Positions 30,406-44,121 of a DNA stretch of 64,000 bases are shown here, in pieces; within the stretch, counting starts at the first letter, position 1; each line of letters begins with the position of its first letter. Source of the DNA: Flaccisagitta enflata. Taxonomy: Eukaryota. Location: contig OZ231126.1 of NCBI GenBank assembly GCA_965153355.1, positions 16,864,001-16,928,000 on the forward strand, given 5' to 3'. The translations under genes and the position numbers were made by a program. The notes below the pieces were generated by a model. That model did not search any database, had not been told where the DNA came from, and saw only the letters and a program-made list of their open reading frames with translations.

Positions 30406-30995
30406 CCCCGTGTTCAATCTCAAAGTGGGAAAAGTAAAAAGCTTACATTCCTAAACGCAACTAGTCAGTGATTTCAAATCATTTTTCTCTTGTAGTATTA
30501 TGTTTGACGTTTTTTGTATAAAAATTTCATTGGTCTAGCCTTAATAGTTTGTCCACAACATCAATTTTAAGAAAAACAAGTGTATAAAGTTTGAGCTAAA
30601 AAACTCTTGTTTCAATCATGATAGTTTTTCTCAAAATTGCTCTAATTTCTAAACGGTTTGAGCTACAAACACCAGATTGGTCTCAAATGAAGTATAATTT
30701 GAAAATGTTTACATCTGAGACCAATCTGGCACCTTTTATCAAGCCGTTTGAGAATTACAGGCAGTATATTGAAAAACGGTGTTGACAAAATCATGAGTTT
30801 TTGAGCCTCAACTGTAAATACTTGTTTTACTTCAAATTGATGTTGTGGATAAACTATTTGAGCTAGACCAATGAAATTTGTACACAATAAACGTCAAATA
30901 TAATATTAAAAGAGAAAAATGGTTTGAAATCACAGACCAAGTGCGTTTAGAAATGTAAGCTTTTTACTTTTCCCACTTTGAGATTGAACACCCTG
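30406..30995. mobile_element. Palindromic Tc1/mariner-type MITE
   Basis: TA|CCCCGTGTTCAATCTCAAAGTGGG...CCCACTTTGAGATTGAACACCCTG|TA; arms pair over most of the length. Confidence 0.85.
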
Positions 30996-31534
30996 TATCA
31001 CATTCTTTTTCATTTTGGGCCGTGTGTGCATTTGGGCGGCTACCTGGAGGGTCAAATGTGGTCAAATTTCAGAGCGCCTCAGCCAACTAACCATACGTCA
31101 TATTTAATAGTCGCAAAAGCGTTACATGGTCAGCGGTACCCGATGCCCCTATGTTAGTTTATTTTGTTATTAGATGATGAGTGGGGCAGTGGCCCCGGAG
31201 GGGCCGATGACCTATGATTCCATGCTGGACAATTGCTGGGTCTTTAATACCTAATTTTGGATCTAAATAGCCTGATTTGAGGTCTTAGTTGCCTGATTTA
31301 AGGTCTAAGATGCTTGATTTGAGGTCTGAGAGGTTTCAGAAGCTTGTTTTGGAGCTTAGAGGCCTGATCTTGGGTCTAATTCAGGGTCGGAAGCCTGTTT
31401 GTAGGCTGGGAAGGGCTGATGTGGGTCTGATAGGCCTAGTTTGAGGTCTCAAAGATCTGATTTTCGGTTTGAAAGGCCAGATTTGGATCTGAGAGAACTG
31501 AATTAAGTACTCAAATGCCTGAATTAGGGTCTGA

Positions 31535-32447
31535 CAGCCGGAGACCCTTGAAAAGCTCATTTCTGAGCTTTTGCTTTTTTCACGTTTTTTTTCTTAATTT
31601 CCCACGACCGTACATCCCCATCGAGTGGTCTAATTTTTTGGGGGGAAGAATGTTTGGGCAACAGCTATGTGGTGGAGAAAAATTTGGGTGTAGGTATGGA
31701 TCTTTATATTTTTTTTCGATTGTAGAAAAATTGACAGGTGAAAATTGTGAACATGGCAACCTTTGATTTTTTTTATTTTTCACTCATAAATAGATTTTGG
31801 GGCGAGGAATTCATTTAGATTGTCAAATCCTTTAGAAGTCTTCAAGAAATAGGCCAAAATAGATAAATTGATAAAGAAGAGCTCATAATTAAGCTTTTTG
31901 AGCTCTTGGCTGGATAACCAACTCGAAAAGCTTAATTCTGAGCTTTTTAAAAGCTCAAAGTTGAGCTTTTCAAGACTGACTGTCGCTCTAAGTCATTAAA
32001 GACTCTGTCTTGAAAAGCTCAACTTTGAGCTTTTAAAAAGCTCAGAAATGAGCTTTTTGAGTTGGTTACCCAGCTAAATGCTCAAAAAGCTTAATTCTGA
32101 GTTTTTTTAATTAATTTTTTTAACTTGGCCTATTTCTTGAAGACTTGTAAGGGATTTGACAATCTAAATGACTTCCTTGCCCCAAAATCTATCCATGAGT
32201 GAAAAATAAAGAAAATCGAAGGTTGCCATGTTCGCGATTTTCACCTCTCAATTTTTCTTCAATCGAAAAAAATGATAAAAATCCATACCTACACCCTTAT
32301 TTTTCTCCACCACATAACTGTTGCCCAAACATTCTTCAAAAAAAAAAAATTAGACCACTCAATGGGGATGTATGGTTGTGGGAAATTAAGAAAAAACCGC
32401 GAAAAAAGCAAAAGCTCAGAAATGAGCTTTTTAAGGGTCTCCGGCTG
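31535..32447. mobile_element. 913-bp foldback element
   Basis: Inverted arms of about 440 bp, CAGCCGGAGACCC...GGGTCTCCGGCTG, spacer of about 30 bp, 5-bp TSD TCTGA (31530-31534 and 32448-32452). Confidence 0.9.
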
Positions 32448-34453
32448 TCTGAGAGGCCTGATTTGAGGTCTGGATGGCCTGATCAGAGGCTCAAAAGGCC
32501 TGATAAGGGGTCTGTCAAGGCCTGATTTTAGATCTGAAAGGCCTGATTGGGGTTCTTAGAGGCCTGTTTAGGATCTAGGAGGCCTAATTTGAGGTCTGGA
32601 AAGCCTGACCTGGGGTCTGACAGGCCTGATTGAGGCTCTGAGAGGCCTAAATTGAGGTCTGGAAGGCCTGATTTGGGATCTGATAGGCCTGATTGAGGTC
32701 CTGAGAGGCCTAGATTAGGGTCTGGAAGCTCTGATTTGGGATCTGATAGGCCTGATTGGGGGTCTGAAAGGCCTATTTTGAGGCCCAGGAGGTTATTTTC
32801 TAGGCTGGGGGGGGGGACAGACGGACGGACGGACGGACGGAAACCGGAAAATTTGCCCTATGTGGAATCATAGGTCATCGGCCCCTCCGGGGCCGCTGCC
32901 CAAAAAGGAATTGAGGCCAGCGGAGATCGGTATCTGGAAAGAAAACCCGCACGGCAACACTATAGAGTTACAATGGGTGTAAAATTGCTTTCATATACTT
33001 TACCATTGTGTTGCCGTGCGGGATTTTTGATCTAATACCGACCTCTGCTTGTCTGATATACTGCCCAAATGCCGCTTAGAATGTATGGTTAGATGGCGGA
33101 GGAATTTTGAATTTTGAGCCAAATTCACCCATCAGGTAACCAGCCTAGTGTGCATTCCTTGGCATAAAAAAAGATGGAAAAAAAATTTAAAACAAAATTG
33201 CAAAATATGAATTGGGAATGGTTTTCTAAAAGTATTAATCAAAATCATGAAGTGCAATTCACTTTAATGTTTAAGTAGCACATTGTATCAGAAGCAACAA
33301 GTGATAATTGCCCTGAAAAACTGGAAACCGGAAACCGCGGTTTTAGCGCCATCCGGAACCGGATGTCGCCTAGCAATAAGGAGGCGCGTCGAAATCGCGT
33401 CGAAATCGTGGCGTAAATGCTCTGTCGCAAGGGTCTAGTTATCACTGCAACTGCCCAGTAGTGTCTGACATATCGATTGGATATGTCAACATGTAAATGG
33501 TCTTTTTATAAAAACACCAATTTAAGAGAGCAGTAAGAAGTAAATTGTAAGACCTCTACTGTATTCATTTTTCTGAAATCTAATTCATCATTTTTTCGCG
33601 TGCACGCGACTCTACACCCCCCTTTGTCAGTCCGTCCGTCGGTCCGTCGGTCCGTCGGTCCATCCTTCGGTTCGTCACACTTTACTTTTTCGGCGTTTTT
33701 TTAGCTTTTTGGCCTTACTGCTCCTGCCTAAATGCTCGGCTGACCTCAAATATGGCCCCTGCCTACCTGCACGCGACTGGGGTAGCCGTGTATCCGGCCT
33801 TGTTTTTCAAAACCCTTATTTGTATATTGCTGTTATTGATACAAAGAACAATTGGGATAATGGGGTTAATAGAGATGAAATACTTTGCAACTTTGATGCT
33901 TATTCCAGTTGCAAATTGCAAAAATCATTTATTTCCATTACAGAAGAAAAAATAATGACATTTTGGCTTATCTTTTATTTCCTAAAAATGAAAAAAAACC
34001 GACAAAAGAATTTTGAATTTGGAAAAAAATGTTAAGGCTCATAGAAATTATAATTTCTATACCCCCTTAAGAAGATTTTCAGATTTAAAGAACTTTTGCA
34101 TATTGACACACCCGAATGTATCATCCGTGTTAGATTGTTAAATGCTGTTACTTTAATCTCAACGTAGAGCGTGGAAAGAATCAGGGCGTGGCGGCGTGGC
34201 GGTGGCTGCGGTGCGCGGCGGCGTCACGCAGCGGCCAAGTGGCGGCGGCGCGACATGAGGAGAATCAAAAATGAACGGCGACCGATTCCTGAGCTCTACA
34301 GCAGCTGCGATTTCCAGCTCCCTCATAATTTTTTACCCCCTTTCTTTTTTCCGATCTCTGTCTGTTGTTCGATTTTAACAAAATTTGTTTGTTTTAACTC
34401 AAGAGAATGTCTCCCAGCCTGTATGTCTCTTTTAGCCTCTGTCTGTCTAAGTC

Positions 34454-34635
<182 letters not shown>

Positions 34636-35712
34636 ACACACGGCTTCTCAAACTTCATTATCTGAGATAGGAATTTGCTTCATAACTACTCATAAGTGAC
34701 GGTAATTACAAACGTGAGGCAATAACGTTTCTTTCTCTATGCCACAGTGTAAGACGTTTTGATTTACCAAGCTGACTAGAAGGAGAAGGTGATTTTGTAA
34801 TCGGTGGGAAGAGGTGCACCAAAGCTGAAACTGGAATTTGATTCCATCATCCTCAAAAATTTCGTCTCACCTCTATTGTTAATTTGTGACCAAACAACTA
34901 AAAAAAAACACAATAAAATTAGGTACCATTGGAAAGATCAAGGAAAAATGATAATAGATAATTTTTTTGATAAACTGAGACAATATTTTTGAGCACGATG
35001 GTAGTAATAGCTGTGATCATCCTTTCTCTTGTGACACGCTTCTTTTGAGCACGCGATTTCCTTGCCACTTTAGTTAACATACTAAATGATGAGTTTATAT
35101 TCATAATATTCCTTCCTTGTGCTGATTTGGTACAGCAACTGCATCAATTCGCTTTTTCAACCATCATTTGTGGGAAAAATATCTTTAATCAACAATATAC
35201 GTAGAGAAAAGAAATGGATTAGGAAATCATCTTACTGAAAACTGAGTGATAAAATTCTTAAGAGAATTCCACGGAAAACTCTTAATCTGCTTCCAAACGA
35301 ACTTTTTTGCATTTCCAAGAACATGGCTTCCTTCCTACGTGTCTTTGGAAGAGGGCTATGTTTCTAGTTTTTTGAATTTGTCATTTTCTATGCAAATTAA
35401 GAGTTTTCCGTGGGGCCTTATATAGTGCTAAAAGAGATTTTTCTTTCGAAAATCTATGATTTTTCGTTGCATATTGGTACATTTCATACTGTTCAAGTCA
35501 TCCCTATGAAATTTCCATGCAAATTCTTAGCGAGTGTGCACTTGTACATATGTTAGACACATCAATGAAAGTGTCTAAGCGATTTTTTTTTTGAGTGAAA
35601 AACTGGCTGCGGCAGTGAAAATCGCGAATTTCCGGAGACTGTGTCTTATGGCGTCAAATCTTCTAGGGAAAAATGTAGTTCTTCATCTCACTTTTGCATC
35701 AATAATGGACTA

Positions 35713-37420
35713 ATTTTTAGTCGCGTGCACGCGACTCTATAACCCGCTCTGTCGGTCCTTCGGTCCGTCGGTCGGTCCGTCAGTCTGTCTGTAACACTTA
35801 GCTTTTTTTCGTCGTTTTATGTCATTTTAGGGTATTTTACGCCATTTTAAGTCATGTTATGTCATTTTAAGTCATTTTAAGTCATTTTCAGTCATTTTCA
35901 GTTAATTTTAGTCACTTAAGTCATTTTGTCATTTTTTGTCATTTTTGTCATTTTATGTTATTATGAGTCATTTTAAGACATTCTTAGTCATTCTAAGTTA
36001 TTTTAAGTCATTCTAAGTTATTATAAGTCATTACAAGTCATTCTAAGTCATTCTCAGTCACTCTAAGTTATTTTTGGCTTTTGTAGTTTTTAGTAACACT
36101 TTGCTTTTTTGCGTTGTTTTTGATCAATTTGAGTCGTCTGGAGTTATTTTGAGTCATTATTTTGTTGTTTTTGGTGATTTTTGGTTGCTTTTGGTCATTT
36201 CTGGTCGCTTTTAGTCATTTTTGGTCATTTTTGATCATTTACGTCACTTTGTTAATTTAAGTCATTTGTGTCTTTTTTGGGCATTTAAGTCATTTTGGAA
36301 GATTTCAGGTCATTTTTAGTCATCTAACATGGTTTTTTTGTATGTTTTGGTCTTTTATGTTATCTTGGTTTTTGGTATTTTGGTTTTTGGTTTTTTGGTT
36401 TTTTGGTTTTTTGGTTTTTTGGTTTTTTTGGTTTTTTGGTTTTTTGGTTTTTTGGTTTTTTGTTTTATTTTTTGGTCATCTAGGTTTTTTGGAATGTTTT
36501 GGTCATTTTTGTTTTTTGGTATGTTTTGGTCATTTTTGTTTTTTGGTATGTTTTGGTCATATGTGGCATTACAAGTCTGCTGGTTTAAGTCTGCTGGTTT
36601 AGGTCTGCTGGTTTAGGTCTGCTGGTTTAAGTCTGCTGGTTTAAGTCTGCTGGTTTAAGTCCACTGGTTCAAGTCTGCTGGTTTAAGTCTGCTGGTTTAA
36701 GTTGGCTGGTTTAGGTCGGCTGGTTTAGGTCGGCTGGTTTGAGATGGCTGATTTAGGTCTGTTGGTTTAGGTCTGCAGGTTAAGTCTGCTGGTTTAAGTC
36801 TGCTGGTTTAAATCTGCTGATTTAAGTCTGCTGGTTTAATTCTGCTGGTTTAAGTCAGCTGGTTTAAGTCTGCTGGTTTAAGTCTGCTGGTTTAAGTCTG
36901 CTGGTTTAAGTCTGCTGGTTCAAGTCTGCTGGTTTAAGTCTGCTGGTTTAGGTCTGCTGGTTTAAGTCTGCTGGTTTAAGTCTGCTGGTTTAGGTCAGCT
37001 GGTTTAAGTCTGCTGGTTTAAGTCTGCTGGTTTAAGTCTGGTTTATGTATGGTTTAGTCTGGTTTAAGTATGGTTTGAGTCTGGTTTGAGTCTGATTTGA
37101 GTCTGGCTTGAGTCTGGTTTAAGTCTGGTTCAAGTCTGGTTTAAGTATGGTTTAAGTCTGGTTCATGTCTGGTTTAGGTCTGGGTTTGGTCTGGTTTATG
37201 TCTGGTTTAGGTCTGGTTTAGGTCTGATTTTGGTCTGGTTTTCATCTGGTTTCGGTCTGGTTTAGGTCTGGTTTAATTCTGGTTTGAGTCTGGTTTGAGT
37301 CTGGTTTGGATCTGGTTTGGGTCTGGTTTAAGTCTGATTTTCGATAAAAGGATACAATAAGGAGTCAGTTCAGTTCAGTTATTTTTGTCCTGCACGCGAC
37401 TTATAGGTGTTGGCCTTGTT
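35713..37420 (+). mobile_element. Family B Helentron-like element inflated by 10-, 14- and 11-bp arrays
   Basis: Starts TTTTTAGTCGCGTGCACGCGACTCTATA then (GTCC/GTCG)n; ends GCACGCGACTTATAGGTGTTGGCCTTGTT. About 20 further family B copies, e.g. 3166-3308, 4543-4718, 13838-13981, 16294-16527, 26755-26936, 27540-27687, 33590-33805, 44204-44368, 48309-48515, 51829-52482, 60421-60792. Confidence 0.82.
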
Positions 37421-37500
37421 TATCCATAAGTCGCTTTTTATAAGTAATTCTCATGGAAAAAGTCAGGAAAATAAAGATTTTCAGCAAAATTATGCTTACA

Positions 37501-38166
37501 TTTTTAGATGCGTCCTCGCATCTCTATAATAGGCTCTGTCCGTTGGTCCGTTGGTCCGTTGGTCAAGTAACGCATTCATAAACAAGGCCAACACCTATAA
37601 ATTGCGTGCAAGACTTACAGATTGACTTAGAATAACTTAAAATGACTTAGAATGACTTAAAGAAATAAAATTTATAAAAAAAGTAAAAGTGTGACCAACA
37701 GACCAACCGACCGACAGACGGACGGACAAAGCGAGGTGTAGAGTGGCGTGCACACAACTAAAGATTGAATTCATGCATTTTTAGTCATGTGCACGCGACT
37801 CTACACCCTGCTTTGTCGGTCTGTTCATCAGTTGGTCGGTCACACTTTACTTTTTTTATCAATTTTATTTTTTTAGGGCATTTTAGGTCATGTAAGAGTA
37901 TAATAAGTCATTCCAAGTCATTCGAAGTCATTCGAAGTCATTCTAAATATAAGTCTCGCACGCGACTTACAGGTGTTGGCCTTATTTCAATAGAAAAGTG
38001 GTCCTGACCCAGTAAAAGAAGCATACATCTACTAAATCATTCAATAAATCATTTATTCATTCATAAATGACATTCATTAATAAACAAACATTTATTCATA
38101 CAAAATATTCATTCATAAAAACATTCATTCAAAGAGGATGCATCGTTGGCCTACTTGGCCTTGTTT
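37501..38166 (+). mobile_element. Family C Helentron-like element with two nested family B copies
   Basis: TTTTTAGATGCGTCCTCGCATCTCTATA...GAGGATGCATCGTTGGCCTACTTGGCCTTGTT; other copies at 51291-51558, 52968-53296 (minus) and 59066-60360. Confidence 0.8.
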
Positions 38167-38441
38167 TCTACTTTCTGAGGTTGAAATTATAGGAAAGCCA
38201 CACACAGGAAAACTTTGTATTTTCATGAACATAGTTTTCTCTAAAAATGACTTGGGAAGCGAACTATGTTCTTTGTTTTTTTTATTTTTTAAATTTTCTA
38301 TGCAAACTTATAATTTTGACCAGCCCCCACTAGTGAATAAAAAAGATATCTATAGAAATTTACAGTAAATCTCCTTTGGTAACATGAGCGTAATCAGTTT
38401 CTTGCTAAATGAATGCAAATTCATTTTTAGAATCTCATTTA

Positions 38442-38618
38442 CAGTTGAACCCCGCTCTAACGGATCCACCACCAAAGGAATTCCGCCTATAACAGATGCA
38501 AATTTATAATTCCTTCAGCTTAATTTCTTTTACTTCCTTTGTTGGCAATAACAGAAGTCCGCCTATAACAGAAAAAAAATGATGGTTCATTAAAATCTGT
38601 TAGAGCGGGATTCAACTG
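38442..38618. mobile_element. pogo/Tigger-like MITE
   Basis: TA|CAGTTGAACCCCGCTCTAAC...GTTAGAGCGGGATTCAACTG|TA; absent from the paralogous host at about 24545. Confidence 0.8.
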
Positions 38619-38853
38619 TATGATAGGTGTATAATATATCATGTATATCATGTCAATCAATTTTATTAACTAGTTTCACTATTTTTACTCATACATGTCT
38701 CCTATTTTGACCAAATTTAATACCCTAAATGTTGCCTTCGTGAGCCCGCTGTCTTAAAAGTTAATCACAAAGCAAATGGGAGAACATTAAAATATACGAT
38801 CGTCAATGGAAGAAAAAAAATTGAAGAAAATCGCAATCAAGGCCGGATACACG

Positions 38854-41800
38854 CAGTCTATGGACAAAACGAGGAGAGTAGATTTTGCTGACCACCGGTA
38901 TGATGCTTATGCGTAGTTTATTTCAAAATGTAGGCTTGTAATTACCTTGTAGAAAATTACTGAGGACTGAAAGAAACTAATGGAAGAACAATTACTACAG
39001 GGAGGCCATGTAAAATCATAAAAAGAACTTCTTTTTAATTGAAAGCAAAAGTTGGCATGCAGTCACCCCTGGGCACAGGGTCTTTGAAGCTGGTATAACT
39101 TTTTAAAAATGTTCAAACCTGGCGAATGTGATTTTTCCATTATACATGTAATTCTGAACAAATCCTGACCAAAAACGAAAAAATCGGTTGGGAAATTTTC
39201 AAAATATTCACTTTTTATACCTCCCTAAGGTACAGGTTATTGAATTTTCCCATTTTATTGACTATCAACCTTGTTTTTACTGTAACTTTTGAACGAATAA
39301 AGCTAGAAATGCCAGATTGGTCCCTTTCAAAAGATCTGTTTGAGATATTTCCAACTGTCACCGATTTTTTTGTAAATCCGCCCTAAAATAACTAGATTAT
39401 AACCTATCAAACATGACCAATTTCATGGGAATTTTGAACGTTTTCTTAGGCTATTGAAGTTTCCCTCTTTATGATAGTTCCACATGTTATGCTTAAAACT
39501 TTTGAACAAATAAAGCTGGACATATGTGATTGGTCCCTTTTTGGGCTGCGGCCACAAAGGGCCGATGTCCTGTAGGACACAGGGTGGAATTTTGAGACGT
39601 CCGTCCTTCCATCCGTCCTTCCGTCCCCCCCACCCTTGGCCATAGGAGCCTCAAGTCAGCGGTCTCAGGCCTGATTTTGGCCCTCTGAGCCCTCAAATTA
39701 GCCCTCTCACACCTCAATTCAGCCCTCAAGGGCTCAAATTAGCTCTCCAGACCTCATATCTGCCCTCAAGACCTCAAACCCGCCCTTCACTTGATCACTA
39801 CATAGACTTAGACTCAAAAATTTTCCTAGGTCAGTCAGTAGCTCAATCTTTTGCATGGACCTGCTCAATGCTTTCAATATTGCACGTAACAAATTTCAAG
39901 GTTCTGGCTCAAATACTTTAGAAGTTATGAACATTTGTTTGAACCATATCAAGCTGAAAAAATTCCAGGAGAATCTTTAAACTTTCTTTTAAAATATGGC
40001 CGACACAAAAATTTTTTAAGTTTTTTTTAAAAAAGTGAAATTTTAAGATTTTGGATCTAGGCGAATCAAGCAATTTCCTATCTATTGCACCCCACTTTTT
40101 TTTCTCAAAAAAATACCCTCATTAGGAGCTTTTTGGGGGCCCCTAGGGGCCCCTAAGAAGTTCATAATTTTGGTCAATGAGATGAACAGAGTTATGTGCA
40201 TACGCCAAGGTATCTTTCAGGACCAAATTCAAGCAGATTAGTTCAAGCTAGAGCCCATGCCTTTACTACCTTCGGACCGGCCGCATATAAAAGAGAAATA
40301 GGAAAATTCACAAGGACTCAGATTTAGGATATGAGGTCAATATCTACACGCAGGGCATCTGGTACCGCTGACCATGTGCGATCCTTGGATGACTAGTTAG
40401 AGACCTTTTCTGATTTATAATTGCAGACATGCAACTCTATAAGAAGCTTTGTCCGTCTGTCGGCCCATCCATCTTTCAGTCCATAAAGGGTCAAAAAGTC
40501 AAAAAACAAGCGTTTTAGATGCTTTTTGGGCAGCGGCCCCAAAGGGCCGATGTCCTGTAGAATACAGGGGGGAATTTCCAGACATCCGTTCTTCCGTCCG
40601 TCCGTTTGTCCCCCCCCGTTGGCCATCAGGGCCTCAAATTTGCCCTCCCAGCCCTAAATTCAGCCCTTCAGGCCTCGAATCAGCCTTCCAGGCCTCAGAT
40701 CAGCCCCCCCCCCGCCTCAAATCTGACCTCCAGACCTCGGATCTGCCCTCCAGACCTTTATTTTGCCCTCCAAGCATCAAATCAGCCCTCTGTGGCTCAA
40801 ATTTACCCTCCAAACCTCTAATCTGCTCTCCAAGCGTTTATGATGCCCTCCAGCCTTCAAATATGCCTTCTTTGGCCTGAATCAGTCATCTAAGGCCTGA
40901 AATATGCCCCCTCAGGACGTCTGGAAATTCCCTCCTGTGTTCTACAGGACATCGGCCCTTTCGGGCCACTGCCCTGCTCTTGCTCCACATCTCCACTGGA
41001 TCACTCCCAGCAGGGCATCTGGCACCGCTGACCATGTGCGATCCTAGGATGACTAGTTGGGTGTGTTAGTGTATGTGAGGAGGGGGGGGGGTTGGGTCAT
41101 GGGCAGGGGCATCCGACCCCTGATGTTGTGACCCGCATCACCTGTTCTCAATTTTTAGTGAATCTGTTAAAGAACGACCTGTCAAACATGAGCAATATCC
41201 CACCACCACCATCACCTTTTTACACAGTCAAGCCTTTCCAACAATAGGTCATTTTTGTACCATTGCTATCCCTAAAGAAGCATCAAAAATTTGATGGTGA
41301 CTGATGGACATTTACTATGCAAAAATTTCATTCATAGTTGATTTGTTAAAAATGAATAAATATCTCATCTTGATACAGTAATATACAATACGTTAAAAAA
41401 AAAATATTTCTAAGTATGATGTTAAATTTTTTTTCTCCCTGTCAAGTAAAGATATAACCCAGGTTACATGCCAAATTTCAGAACTTTAAGTCATTTCTAG
41501 CCGGAGATATTGATTTTTTTAAGAAAGTGTCCTATCGAGTTAACACTTTGTCACACTATGTCACACTGTCTCACACAAAAATTTATATAATTGAACACAG
41601 TTCAAGACTTCAAGTGATTTTTTCATTATGACTTGAAAGAGTATCAAATTCTGAGCCTGCAACCAAAATTTCAAGCTGATAGATGCAACTATCATTGAAT
41701 TATGTTATTTTTTTCAATGTTAACTCAATCAGGCGCTTGATTTTGGCCGGCCCGGTTTATAGGAGAAATTGCCTCTATTTGTCCATCTGTTCTTTGGGCA

Positions 41801-44121
41801 GTGGCCGTGTAGGGAACAAAATTCTGTAAAACACTGGGGGACTTTTGACCACTTGTCAGTTTTTGAGACAATGTCCTCTAGGACACGAGGGAATTTTCAG
41901 ATGTCTGTCCATCCATCCTTCCGTTCTTTGTCCCCCCCCTCCGCCGGTTGGCTTCAAATCAGCATTCTCAGGCCTGATTTAGGCCCTCAAATCAGCCCTC
42001 AAATCAGCTCTGTAGGCCTCAAATTAGATCTCCAGGCCTCAAATCAGCCCTCCAGGCCTCAAATCAGCCCTCCAGGCCTCAAATCAGTCCTTCAGGCCTC
42101 AAATCAGCCCTCCAGGCCTAAAATCAGCTCTCCAGGCCTCAGATCAGTCCTCCAGGCCTCAAATCAGCACTCCAGGCGGCCTCAAATCTACCCTCGAGGT
42201 CTTGAGCCTGCCCCCAAACCTCAAATATGCTCTTCAGTTCAGGCTTAAGCACAAGAATTGGGGTGTGGTTGGCCTAATTTGGGGTCTGATTGGCCTAAGT
42301 AGGGGCCTGTGTAGCTTGAATTAAAGTCTGTGAGGCCAGATTTATAATCTAGGACGCCTGAGTATCGTTTGGAATGCTGGATTTAGGGTCTCAGAGGCCT
42401 GATTTGAGTTTTGAGTAGCCTGATTAAAGGTCTGGGAGGCCTGATTTTGGCTCTAAGAGGCTTGATATGGGGTCTGGGGGCCGGTTTGCAGGCCCGGGGG
42501 GATGGAAGATGGATAATGGAATAGAAACCAGAGAAAATCACCTTGTCTGGAATCATAGGACATCTACCACTCTGGGGCTGCTGCATAAAAACAAACGGAC
42601 AGACAGAAATATAGACAATAGTCCCCCTGTGTTTCTAAGACTTCTTACCCTTCAGGGCCGCTACCTTCTTAACAGATGTCTGGATCCATGGATGCATCGG
42701 AAGTTTGGATCAAACTGTGAAAAAAGGTGGTGGTTGTGGTGGTGGGATATTGCTCATATTTGCTCATTTCACAGAAAACAGATTCACTAAAAATTGATGA
42801 CAAAATCTTGGAAACGTTCTCTAACAAGTCATCCAAGGATTGCACATGGTCAGCGGTACCTGCTGCCCTGCTTGGAGTGATCAACTGAAGAGGTGGAGTG
42901 AGAACAGGGTAGCGGCCCCAAAGGGCCGATGTCCTGTAGGACACAGGGGTGAATTTCCTTACGTCCTGAAAAGGCATATTTCAGGCCTTAAAGGCAATTT
43001 TCTATGATATTCAATGGGAGCTATGTATTTTCTACAATTTATTATCAATTTCTCATGTTATTCAATGGGAATTTCATTTTTTTGTCAATTTTCCATGTTA
43101 TCCAATTGCTATTTTGCATTTTTTTTTCAATTTTCCATGTTATTCAATGGAAAACGTGCATTTTTCTATTGTTTGTAGATTTTCCATGTTATTAAATGGG
43201 AAGTTTGCAAGTTGTCATTTTCCCATGTTGTTCAATGGGAAGTTTGCATTTTGTCATTCATCCATGTTATTCAATGGAAATTTGAGAATTGAGAAGGTTC
43301 AGAGGGGACGTACCGACGTACGGACGGACGGATGTAAGGAAATTCACCCCTGTGTCCTACAGGACATCGGCCCTTTGGGGCCGCTGCCCAAAAAGGGACC
43401 AAATAGATATGTCCAGCTTTATTTGTTCAAAAGTTTTAAGCATAACATGTGGAACTATCAAAAATTGGGAAACTTCAGTAGCCTAAAAAAACGTTCAAAA
43501 TTTCCATGAAATTGGTCATGTTTGATAGATTATAATTTAGTTATTTTTGGGCGGATTTACAAAAAATCGGTGACAGTTGGAAAGATCTCGAAAAGATCTA
43601 TTAAATGGGACCAATCTGGCATCTCTAGCTTTATTTGTTCAAAAGTTACAGTAAAAACAAGGTTGATAGTAAAAAAATGGGAAAATTCAATGACCTGTAC
43701 CTTAGGGAGGTATGAAATGTGAATATTTTGAAAATTTCCCAACCGATTTTTTCATTTTTGGCCAGGATTTCTTCAGAATTACATATATAATGGGAAAAAC
43801 ATAGTCTCCAGGCTTAAACATTTTTAAAAAGTTATACCAGCTTCAAAGACCCTGTGTGGGACTTGGGACCTCCATCTGGGCTAAGATTGACTCCCTCTGG
43901 CCCACCCTGCGACATGATGGCAATATTTGCTTTCAAGCATGAAGAAACTTCTTTCATGATTTTACATGGCCTCCCTATAGTAATCGTTCTTGCATTAGTT
44001 TCTTTCAGTCCTCAGTAATTTTCTATGAGGTAACTACAAGCCTACATTTTAAAACAAACTATGCCTAGGCATGATAACGGTGATCAGCAAAATATACTCT
44101 CCTCGTTTTGTCCATAGACTG
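38854..44121. mobile_element. CAG...CTG MITE with TIRs of about 200 bp, split by a 4.8-kb insert
   Basis: CAGTCTATGGACAAAACGAGG...CCTCGTTTTGTCCATAGACTG; 4-bp TSD CACG, inside the 3' hairpin of a family B element. Confidence 0.85.
39074..43856. mobile_element. CAC...GTG element with long TIRs (Chapaev/CMC-like hallmarks), non-coding
   Basis: CACAGGGTCTTTGAAGCTGG...CCAGCTTCAAAGACCCTGTG; arms pair for over 500 bp; 4-bp TSD TGGG (39070-39073 and 43857-43860). Confidence 0.85.
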
